From NCBI GenBank assembly GCA_964421015.1, contig CAYQUS010000006.1:47096-100004 (forward strand): a stretch of DNA of 52,909 bases, written 5' to 3'. The stretch comes from an uncultured Planctomycetia bacterium (lineage in GTDB: Bacteria; Omnitrophota; Gorgyraeia; Tantalellales; Tantalellaceae). The stretch's first letter is position 1. The number at the start of each line of letters is the position of its first letter. The notes below the pieces were generated by a model. It was given only the letters and a program-made list of their open reading frames with translations. It was not told where the DNA came from and searched no databases. The position numbers and the translations under genes were made by a program. Shown here piece by piece: positions 8,153 to 20,100 of the stretch.

Positions 8153-11100
8153 GTGAAGATGCTGAGCACAAAAATAGCTGCTACGGATAAAGGGACCATA
8201 GGGAACAAAGCCAAAAGGCGTTTTAAGGCTTTGGTTAGCATGGTTACCGCCGTAGCTTTTCTTTCGAACACCCTAATGTACGATTCCGCTTTGGCCTCGC
8301 AAGTAAGCGCCCGGTATGCCCAGGATCATTCGGGGACGGGAGCCAAAAACGGATACGACGAGCTTGGGGCCGACAACTTTTCCATCCCGGATTTTCTAGG
8401 AGAAATAAAGTCCAGGCACGACTCGGCAGGATCAGGCACCATGGTCGTCCATATACAGGATGCGCACTGCAATTACGACTGTCAAAAGGCCATATCGGGA
8501 ATAATAAGCTACATACAGGAAAATTACGGAATAAACACAGTTAACCTTGAAGGTGGGGATGGCCTGTACGACCTTTCGGTCTTTACGGATATTCAGGACG
8601 CTCCGGTCCGTGAAAAGGTAGCCGACTATTTCGTGAACGAGGGGATACTGAGCGGCGCCGAATATTTTTCGGCGGTTTTCCCGGAAAAAACCGAACTTTG
8701 GGGCATAGAAGACCCGGGGCTTTACGCGGCTAACCGCGACGTTTACCGCAGTTCTCTTAAGAACATAGCCGCGGTAAATAGCGCTCTTTCAGTGATACAT
8801 ACTCAACTCAATGCGCTTAAAGACAGTACGTACAGCGACGATCTTAAGGATCTGGACAAAAAATACGGCGAGTACAAGTCGGGAGAGATGGATCTGAAAG
8901 ACTATCTTTCGTTCCTCTTTCTGAGAGGCGATGAGAGGGGTGTGGATAGGGGCGCTTACCCGAACATAAGTTCACTCTACGAAACAGCCGAGCAAGAGAA
9001 AAATATAGATTTCCGAGCCGCCAATTCCCAGAGGCACCTCCTTATTGACCGCATGGGGAGAAACCTTCCTCCTAAGATCGTGGGAGAATTAGGGGTAAAA
9101 ACTCTTAAGTTCCGTTCCGGCGAGATCTCTCAGACGGAATTTTACGAATTTCTCTCGAAAATGTCCCTAAGAGCAGGCATAAGCCTTTCAGAGTTCCCGG
9201 AACTTGAAAAGTATATAAAGTATGTTTCTCTTTATGACTCCATAGACAAGTCAGCGGTCATATCCGAGATGTCCTCTTTGGAGGAAGATCTTTGCCGCAG
9301 GTTTTCTTCCGGCGAAAAAGACAGGGAGCTCTGGGAGATATCACGGAACCTCACGTTCCTTGAGAACATGTTCGCCACGAGACTCACGCGCGAGGAATAT
9401 TCGCGGTATAAGTCCGGTCCTGAGGATTTTTCGGCGGCGAGGATAACAGCCTTCATAGAGAAAGAAAACCCTGCCGGAAAGCTTGAAATACGCCTTGCTT
9501 CGGCGGCGGCGGAAATCGACAGGCAAAAAGACGAGATCTCGGGTTTTTATGAATATTCCTTCAAAAGAGACGACGTATTCCTGGAAAAGATGAAATTTTC
9601 TTCCCGCGGGGAAGGCGGAAAAAGACGATACGCCATGCTTGTCACCGGCGGGTTCCATTCCGAGAACCTCGGTGAAATATTCCGGAAAAAGGGTTTTTCG
9701 TATGTCGCCGTAATGCCTAAGTTCCGCAATTGCGAAGGGTATGAAAGCCCCTATTACAGGCTTCTCGGGGGAGAGGAGAGCCCCGTGATAGCGGCCATTA
9801 AACAAAACGCTTCCGCGTCGGCATCGGCTCTTGCTCTTTACGGTTTTTTCTGCGCGACGTCAGGCGAGGTGAACGGTGACGCCGATGTGAACGCGGTGAA
9901 AACATGGGTCAAGCTTGTTACGGCTGTTTTCTCGCAAGATCTTTCAGACGGGCCTGTCGATGTGGACGGGGCATATAGAGTGAGCGAAGCGTCTTCCGAT
10001 GAAAGTGATGACGCTGCCGGTATAGTCCTTGATGTCGATGGCAGGAAGGTGATAGTTACTTACCTGTCTTCGGCGCAAGAGAGCGCCGCCGACGGACGTT
10101 TATCGAGAAGAAATTTCCTTAAGATGCTTGGGATAGGAGCGGCCACGGCCATAATTCCGGTTCGTTCAGAAGCCGAGGAAGAGCCCACAAGGGAAGAAAA
10201 GGAATCTCAAATAAGTGAATACCTCATGAGCGGATCGCTTGATGGAATAAAGATATCTGAACAGTACCTTTCTAAGGTCAAGGAGTTTATAAGTGACAGG
10301 GTTTTTTCAGATATCCCTACCATATACAGTGAAAGCCAACTTCCGCCCTGGTTCCTTTTCAGGCATTACTGCGCTCTTGAATTCGGGGAAACCGGTACTT
10401 CCGCGCCCGGGAAATCCGGACTGCATGTATCAAAAGCGAACGCGCACGGTCCTATACAGATGTGGACGGATCAGGCTGTCCAGCTTAATAAAAATCTGAC
10501 GACATGGAGAACCAGCAAGAGATCTAAAGATTCACCAAGGGACAGGGAAAAGCTGAAAGCTCTCGAAGAGTCATTCGCGAAATTCGGATTTAATATCGAT
10601 AAAGGAATAGAAGTAGCGAGGATAAAAAAAGACGCTAAGTACAGCGTTGCCATGGCCGTGGCCAACCTTAGGCTTATTTTTATGGACTGGGAGAGGTTTT
10701 TTGAGAAAGGCGCCGACCCGGTCGAGAGAAATGTCATGGAAAGACAGAAAAGGTTTTACACCCTTTCTCTGGTGGCGCTTCACAATTCGTCTCCTATAAC
10801 CGTCAAGCTGGCTATTCAGAACGGGGGGGAAGCTTGGGTAGAAAAATTAAGAGATGAGACCATAGGTCTTATGTGGCGGTTCTGCGTATTTTTAAAAGCG
10901 GTGAATACCGATCCCGACGTGGCGGCTCTTTTCGCCGAAATAGACCCCCAGATAAACATTCCCGAAGACGCTTTTCTCTCCGGGGAGGAAAGCCCGGTTC
11001 CTCTTATGGCTACGCGGGAGCTCGAGCCTGTAAACTTTGACGAGATAATGTCCAGGGTGGATGAAGCCGCTTACGCAAAGGAGAAACAATCCTCAAACAA

Positions 11101-14100
11101 AGTGAATGAACTGACAATGAAGTCTTTTGGGATATTCGATCTTGTGATTTACGCTCTGGCGGGAGCTGGAGCCGCTGTTATATCGCGTCGGATGTTGTTT
11201 CCTCTAAAAAACAATACCCACGCAACGAAAGAAAGGACAATGCAGGACAAAAGTATAGACATGGTGGCGAGGGTGTTCGCTGAATACGGTAAAGAAATTT
11301 CATATGAAGAAGCTAAATTTGTATGGCTTGCCATGCAGGAAGATCTGAGGATAGGCGGGATGGATGATTCTCCTCTTGCGGTTCAGAGGGGTCTTGTCAG
11401 GCTTATATCCGAGATGTCCCCCGACGGATTTCTAGATGCTTTCACGGAGGAGTATGGCACCCCTGAAAGCCCGGCGGAGAGGCTGCTTAACAGTCTGCGA
11501 AATATCTTTTCACCGGGGCGAGAAGGTTCCGACAGTGATGACGTGAACATAGCCGCTGGGGGTTCTATTAAAGTTACGCACACCGATGTTAATAAGTTTG
11601 TTGGTGACAATCTTCCCCGTGGGCTTTGGGGTGAAAGCCTTGAGGAAAGAGCCGAGAATCTCGATAACCTTGTAGAGGAAGGGACTGCCAAAGTACGCGT
11701 GACGGACGATGGCACGGAAGTGGTTTTAATTCCTATTAAAGGCCTTTTTAGGGCTTGCGGTCAGTTCGGGCATATAGGGCTTGGAAGAGCTTACGGAAGG
11801 CCTGTAGCATGGATAGACTCTGACTATATGGATAACGACATTGTTATCGGCCATGAGCTTTATGAGATAGACAGATGGGAACAGCACAGGAAGACTTTGG
11901 GGTATGACCCGGATATGATGAGAGGGTGGATAAGGGCGAATTTCGATCAAGCCCGTAAGCTTGCCGTAACGTGGCACAATGATAACAAATACAGCGTAGA
12001 GGATCTTTTCCTTGAGAATAAGACAGGGGTGCAGGTCGAAAGGCTTGACAGCATATTGACACGGATGAAGGTGTTTTATTCGGGAGAAAAGTTCAAAGAG
12101 TATATGAGGTCTCTTGCCGTAAAATACGCCGAGAACGGGCTTGAACTGGTTAATATAGACGGATTAGAAGGGGAACTTTTGAGCAGAATAGAGGAGATCA
12201 TTTCCGGTGTCGACTTAAAAGTATTGTCTGAAAGCCGTAGTCCCATCGGCATAAGGGGAAGCACAATAGAAGTGCTTTTAGCTTACGCTGAGTACATGAG
12301 CGACGAAGAACTGGCTATCGTGCTGGGGCACGAAGTGGGGCACGAGCTTGCCGACATTTTTCTTCCGGAACTTAGTCCTGACGCGAAATTTCTCCGTCAG
12401 GCGGCGGCTCTTCCCACGGATCTTGCGATCATAGGCGAAGACGGGGAATTCTTGTCGATTATCCACCAGGTGTACCGTCATGGAGGCAAGAAAAGAGAAT
12501 CGGCCGAAAATGAAATTCAGCAGCGCGAACTTTTCTCTGACGAAATAGGGATATTCCTGGCAGGGGCTATACTACCGGCGGAATTAAGAATAAGAGCCGG
12601 GGAAATAGCCGGGGATGTTCTTAATAAAACCTCCGAGTTCATCGACAATAATCTTAAAGACGACTCCGGAAGCGGATTTTTAAGCGTTCGAACGCATCCT
12701 TCGATAGAGGCCAGGGCGGCGAATCTTGGTTTTGGGCTAGGGATAAAAACTGCCGTCATGCTCACTGGGGTGGATCCGCTTAAAGAAGTAGCGGGGGAAG
12801 ATAAAGCAGATGAAATTTCGGGGTCGTATCCCTTAAGGGATCTTCTGTCCATTTTTGTGGAGACTTACGGCACAGATTTTGATCCCCAGGAGATAGATAG
12901 AGACGTAAACCTTGCCGCTGGGCCCGGAACAGGGGTTTCTCCGTTACGTAAAAAACCGCTTTTAGGTGTTATCCTGGATCATGTTAAGACTCTGGGGCAT
13001 AAACCGGGCGATGAAATAATAGTAGGGTTTACTTCTGATGGGATCCCCATAAAAGGCATTTTTAGAGGAATGGACGAGTACGGGGAGGAGATAATTTTCA
13101 GTCCCACCGGCTTTAATTTCGGAGCGATCCTCGGTAAAAACAAGGTTCTTTCCAGTGAAAGATATCTCCTATTTAACAGGTACGCTGAAAATGGATCTCT
13201 TATTATCGGCGGGAAAAAACACAGCCTTAGCGGTTTGGATTTTGGTCACGAAAAATTCCCGGAAATAGAAGGTATGTCTCTCAGGGAAGTTTTGAGGTAT
13301 ATGGCCATCGCGGAGGAGGGAGGTTGGTATGCCTGGGATTACCCTCTTGTTTCCGGCTATGATCTTGCGACAAAAAATGAGACCGAAGAAGATAAAAGAA
13401 GCCTTGCCGGAAGACCCAGGGGGGGGATGGCGTTCTATTCTCTGAAAGAAGGACGGCTGGTAACTTATATGTACACTTCTGTAGAGGTGCCTAACGGAAA
13501 GGGCGTTGAGTGGAGGATAGCGCGTATCGAGAGCGGGAAACCCCTGCCTCAGAACGAGACGGCCGCGCCTTCTTATCTGGTCAATGGGATAAGAGATGTC
13601 GAGGATATGGGGCAGGAGAATTTTGAGAACTTCTTTGATATGTATTGTCTTACCGATTCCTGGGACAGGAGCCTGATACGAGCCATGGCTGCGGTTTTAC
13701 GCGGCGAAAAAGACGCGGAGAAACTTAAAAACCTTTTGAGACCGTTCGACAAGTGGGGGGACGAAGTGAGGGTTAGCCCTGAAGACGTGAGAGCGTATAT
13801 GGAGGCCAGGGCGGAATATACCGCTTTAAGAGGGGATGATGATAAAAGAAGAACCGGGTTTTATAGCGCGAGGTCTTTTTTAATGGGGCTCTACGATGAA
13901 ACCGAAAAAAGCGAAAATTACTTCAGGTATTTCGGCGCGGTAAAAGATTCGGCGATGAACAAGCTCGCCTCTCTCGACGATGTTTTAAGAAGGTATTCAA
14001 GCGTAAGGTTCCCATCGGAGAAAGAGGTATCGCCTGAGGTTCAGAAAACAGCGGGAGAAGTGAAATCGGGAGACAGCATTTCATTCGGGTCGGAAACGTT

Positions 14101-17100
14101 TGTTCTGGAATTTAAAGGAGGCAAATATCTTATTGCCGGCAAGGTTTTAGAGGACGGAGGAACTTACAGTGTCGGTCGCGGCTCTGAAAATTACATACGC
14201 GTCCTGAACGGGTCGGTTTCGAGGGAGCATGCGGTTATAAAAGTATATGATGGCAAAGTTTTCATCGAAGACAAGTCTTCGATGAACGGGACATTTGTGA
14301 ACGGAAAGAAAATAGCTTCCCCCACGGAGTCTAAGCCCGGACAGCGGAAGGAGGCAGCATCTTCATCTAGAGTGTACGCCGTTTTTAATAACTGGCAGAA
14401 GGGTCTTGTAAATATCGCGGGAAGCATGGACGAAGTCAAAGCGCACAATTATGATGACACCTCCATGTTCCATATCGTTCCGGTGGATGTGCCGCAGGAT
14501 GTCTACGTTGGGGCGCATCAATCCAGTATTATTAGCGCAAGGGCCGCCGCTGATATTGATAACGTTAAACCCGGGAGCCGAGTTCTTGTAATAGGTACAG
14601 GTATGGGACTTGAAGCGTATATAGCCATGGGAAGAGGGGCGCATGTCGACGCTGTCGATATAAATCCGTCGGCCTTAAAGTCCACGGAAAACCTGTGCGG
14701 CAAACTGCCACCGGAAGGCAGGGGAAGCCTTAGGACATTCCTGTACGATGTTATGCCCGGCGGGATAAGGGAGAACGCGCTCGCTGACGAATATGACCTT
14801 ATAATCTTCAATATGCCCCATTACGCGGCGCCGACAAGCGGAGATGATAAGGAAATTACCGCTACCAGGGATCCCGGCGGCCAGCTTATAGGTCCGACAT
14901 CTGAAATCGTAAAAACGCGTCTTGCCTCGGGAGGAAGGGCTGTTCTTGTTAATACCGAAGGGGAAAATGTTCGCAAGACCCTTGAAAGCCAGATCGGTCT
15001 TACGGTTTTTCCGGACCCGATCTACGGGATGGATCCGTCAATGGCCTATGTTGTGGAGAATGGCAATAACGCCATACTTAACGATCTTATCGATCTCCTT
15101 GGGATAGATGTATCTCGGAATTTTGGCGTCAGGAAACAGCTTGTAGCGCTCGCCGAACTTATCAGGCGTAAACAGCTCGCCGCGGGCGGCGTGAGCGTCC
15201 CAGAAGTAACAGAAGGGGATTTGGCCGGAATAAATATCCCCGACATAATAGTCAAAGTAAACCGCTTGAACGGAAAGACTCTCGGCATGCTGGGTATGGG
15301 CGGTATGATGCCAGGCGCGGCAAAAGCCCAGTCGCTCATGGTGAACCTCTTGAGCGGACGAGCGCCTGTTACAAATATGTTTTTGAGGGCATGGGGGGTA
15401 GTATCAACGCCTTTCCATGAGTTCGCGCATTATCTGGCCGCGCTTATGTTCGGCGCCAATCCGAAACTTTCAGTAAGCGGACTCTTTACAGGCGAGATAA
15501 CGATAGACCGGGCGCCTCCTTCGAAGGCGGCGACATACCTCATCTATTCCGCTGGCCTTTTAGCTAACCTTGCCCTTGCCGGAGCTTCAGCTTATTACCT
15601 TTTAAATTACGGACAGACAGTTTCAGTTTTTGCTTGGGTTCTTCTCACGTGGGTCGCGGCTGCGAATGCCGCCTCGGCGATAATTGAGCTTGTTGGCGCC
15701 CCATTCGGCAAGGGAGACCTGGCGAAGGCTAGGGCCAGGAGAGTCGACGACAGTGAAGTTTTTAAGGGGGACGTTAAAGAGCTTGTTTTAGATACCCGGG
15801 TATTGGGACTGATTAAATTTATGAACGAGTCTTCCGGGTTTTTGAAGTTGGATCATCCCATCGTTTCGAAACTGCAGGAGTATGTTGACAGAATGACAGG
15901 GCAAGGGATGAGAGCGCCCCGGCTTCTAATAGCTATCGACGGAGAATCTCCCGATGCCTTCAGAGTGCCGGGGAATATAGTGATAAATCTCGCGCTTATA
16001 AGAGCCCTGGACACCTTAGGCGAAGTGGTTTCGGTAATAGCTCATGAACTGGGACATGAGGAGGCGCCCGAAAAGGTCTTTAATAACATAGGTTCAGGCA
16101 GGATGCATGAACTTTCGGCTGATCATGATGCAGTGGAAAAAGTGACGGCTATGGATTTCCCGTCAAATTCCATGGAGAATGCTCTTAGAAAAATAATAAA
16201 ACCGCGGTCTTTTCAGGACGCTGTCCATGGTTCTTTGTCCCACAGGATCGTACCGATACTTGCCGGTTGGGCGTTGAACGACCTCGAGGCGAGGTACGGG
16301 GCTCTTTCCCGCGATGAGCAGTCTATCCCGGATACATGGAAATTCGGTATACAGAAAAGTGTTTACGAGAAGCTTATTTACGGTAACCCTAACAGGGAAT
16401 TTTACAGAGCTCTCGAAGGGGCTTCCTTCGATCTTGTTAAAGACACATTGGAGAAGATCATGAAGGATTCTCCCTTGGGTGAATATTCAGATACGCCTAA
16501 GAGGGGGGAACACGTACTTTCAGAGAAGGTGCTGGCTATGCTGAACAGGATGAATGCGATCCTGGAGGATACAGCCATAAAGGAGGGCTTGGGCGACGAT
16601 GAGAGAAATGCCATTTTTCTCGGGGCTACAAAGGTCATGAATGAGCCGGTCTTCAGGCCTCCGTATTCTGATAAAGGAATAGCTTATTTTGAGGACAGCG
16701 CGAAATGGAAGTATACGTTGATAGCCAGGGGTGACCACAAAAAAGCCACAAAAAGCGAAAGAGCTATTACGGCTATCATGAGGTCACGAATAGAGCAGTA
16801 TTTAAAGACCCTGGATCCTCTCAATCTAAGGGGCGAAATAACAGCGAAGCATTTTGCGTCCCCGGTCTATTTTTCTCCGTCCGCTCATTCCATAGAATTA
16901 ATGATCCACGACAAAGAAATAGCCAAGAATATTTTTGGAGTAGGGTACATTTCGGAAGAGTCGCCGATTTTTATCTCGAACATGATTTCTTTCCTTGAAA
17001 AATTCAATGGTGAAATGTCGGGTTATGAAAGGCAGAGTATCGTGGGCGGGATTTTTATTCGCTTTATAGAGCTTTACTGGGAGCGCAAGGCCTGGACTTT

Positions 17101-20100
17101 TAGCAGAGATAATGTGCTGGAGCTTATTTCCCAGCTTAGAGAATCTTTTAAGCTGGTTGAAGGCAATAGCCTTTTTGGGAAATTTTACAGCGAGATATCT
17201 ACCGAAGGGTGGGACTACAACAGGTTCTTTAAGTATATTGCCCCTGAATCGGGAGTTGTAGGGAAAGAGGAGTATGAAAGGCTGTTGTTCGGCAGAAAGG
17301 ATGAAAATTACGAGAGGCTGATGGATTGTTTCCGAAACCGCGATGAAGACGCTTTTATGGAGGTGCTGCGCATCTCGGGGGTCTATAAAACCCTGAAATA
17401 TCTTTCTAAAGAAGATTATCCCGGGACAGCCGAGATTTTCGCCGCCGATGGAAATCTGCCGGCCTGGGTAGTTTCGGTCTTGGAAAAAAGATGGGAAGAT
17501 ATAGATGAGTACAGTTTTGGGGAAATTAAAGCGCTTTTAAGCTCATCGCACGTTCCAATGATAAACGATTTAGTTGAATTGTACAAGGCGGTGGAGCCGC
17601 CTATTGCCAAGATCATCTCGGCGAGCCAGATAATCGCGGGCTTGCCGGTGGATGACCATGTAGAAAATTACCTGAGTATGTCAAAAGAATTTCTGGATTC
17701 GGCCTCTGTTTCGGCGGCGATCAGCTCTATGAGCGTCGAAAATCAGGGGCTCCTCTTCGCGGGATTGGCAGCGATATTCCGCGGAAAGTTCGATTTTTTC
17801 TATGAACTTGAGGTGGAGAGGTACGGGGCTGTAGATGACTACCTGAAAATGCAAGCCTGGACCGACTATATAAAATTGACCCAGGAAAAACTTAAACTTG
17901 AACCCTCTCTGGAAGGCCTGGTAAACACTTACGATCTGTTTGTCAGGTTAACATACGCAAATTTTTACGGATATCACAGGTATGACGATATGCTTTATGC
18001 GGGATTAAGCGAATACAGCTCCGGGTGGATGTCCGAGATCAATCAGGTCTTTTATGAATCGCTTCTGAGACTTTCCGACGAAGCGTTGGATGTGACAAAA
18101 GACCAGGACCTGGCCGTTAAATATTACCTGGATATCATGGATAGATTTCCGGCTTCCGAGACAAAGAGGGGCATCCTTGATATTTTGGCGAGGCGCCTTG
18201 TCGACAAACTGGACGAAGCGCATCTTTCAATGTTTTTTGAAAGACTTTCCAGCAAAGGACACCTCAGTAAAAACGTGTACAGTTACTTTGTGTCAAAACG
18301 GATAAACACTTTTGAAGACAGCGAAAAGATGTCAAAATTCATAAGGGACCGTTATGCCAGGATGCTTTCGGGAGAAGATATTATCCCGGCTTTTATCGCC
18401 GGCATGGATACCGGGGGGGACCAGGCTCTATCCCCCGAAACAGCCAGTGATATTTTTTCAGCCGCCATGCTTTCGGGGAAAGATGAAAAAGTCCTATGGG
18501 AAGCCCTGGAGACACACTGGTATCAGATTTACGTGGGCGGAGCCAAAAGGCTGCTCTATTCCTTCGAGGTTAGAGACGGAAGGATAGAGGTGGTGGGTCT
18601 GGGAAGGGACAATTTTGTTCCACTGAAAACTTTCGTCGATAGTGTCCTTGATATGAGTGAAAACAGCAAGCTGGCATTAATGGAAAGACTTCTTGTTTCT
18701 CCCAACGGTCTTTTGCACCATGAATCCGGCAGGAAGCGTTTTGTAGAGCTCATTAGAGAGAATATTCCGGGGTCCGACAGCCTTTCAGCGATATTGAAGG
18801 AAGCGGTTGGTTCGGTCGTGGACAATGTGGACGCCGAGAGGGTATTTATGATGTTCCGTGATGTGATCAGGCCGTTTTTTCTCAGAAGACAGGAAGGGTT
18901 TACCGTGGAAGGAGAGTTTCTGAAAATGCTGGCACTCAGAAATATATCCAGAGTTGACGAGGATAACTATATTAATGAGGATAGCGTTACGCGCAATCTT
19001 AATGGGTTAAGTCCTGAAGTCTTCATGTCCCTGATCCGCGGAGATATCGAGAGAGCTCCCCTTGCCGCGCGGATAAACTATAGCAAGACCAGAAACGACT
19101 TTCTCTCAAGGTTTGGAGAAAAATTAGGTGTCGGATCTCTCCCCGAGAGCGAGGTTCCGCCTTCGGATGCGGGTGCTTTGGACATATTGATACTCGCCGC
19201 GGAAAGCCTTGGGCCTATGGGGGTGAGATCCCTGCAGGTCATGGGGCAGTATATGGATATACCGGCGGAATATGAAACCAGGTTCCGGGAGGTTTATGAC
19301 AGTAATGAAGGCATAGATAAGTTCATAGCGTTTGATATTCTTAAGAAATCGGCTGAGAGGGACCCGGGTGTTAAATATTTTCTCGAAAACGAGCTTGTAA
19401 GTATAGGCGATAAACTGGGAGGGGGCTCCATCATGACGGCGTTCCTTATCAAGGTCAAGGACCCAGCCACGGGAAAGATAAGGGACGAGGTACTCAAGGT
19501 GCGAGCGCCCAATGCGGAGGTAAGGGTAGACGATACTTATGAAAAACTTATACGAGTGGTAAGAGACATGAAGACCAGGGCGACCGCTTCTAAAAAAGCC
19601 AACTACGAGATAGCCGAGCGGCTCCTTTCAGATATCAGGGATTGGATCAGGGACGATATAAACGATGAAACGTTCCTTGAGCTTGACCAGAAGTACGCTG
19701 AATTCCACAAGAATTACAGGGACAGCAGGGGTACCAGGGTAAGGATACCGGGAGCCTTTTCTCCAAACAATAGGGATGTCAAGAGGGAAGAGCTGGTTAG
19801 GGGAGAGACCCTGAACAGTCTTCTTCGCGAAGGGAGAGGTGAAATTTTAAAACCGGCCGTGCAGGCTGTGGTTGAGGATTTTGCCCGCACCCTGGTAAAT
19901 CCTGTTTTTAACGATTCCGACGGCGAAGAGGTATTTCTTCTCCATTCGGATATCCATTTTGGTAATGCCATGGTGGAACAAAAAGACCCCGCGTCTACCG
20001 AAGATCTTACAGTAGCCCTTATAGATCGTAATCTGTACCTCAGGCTTACGCGAAAAGAAGTTGATTTTATGCGCTCCTTACTGCTGGCGGAAAATACGTC

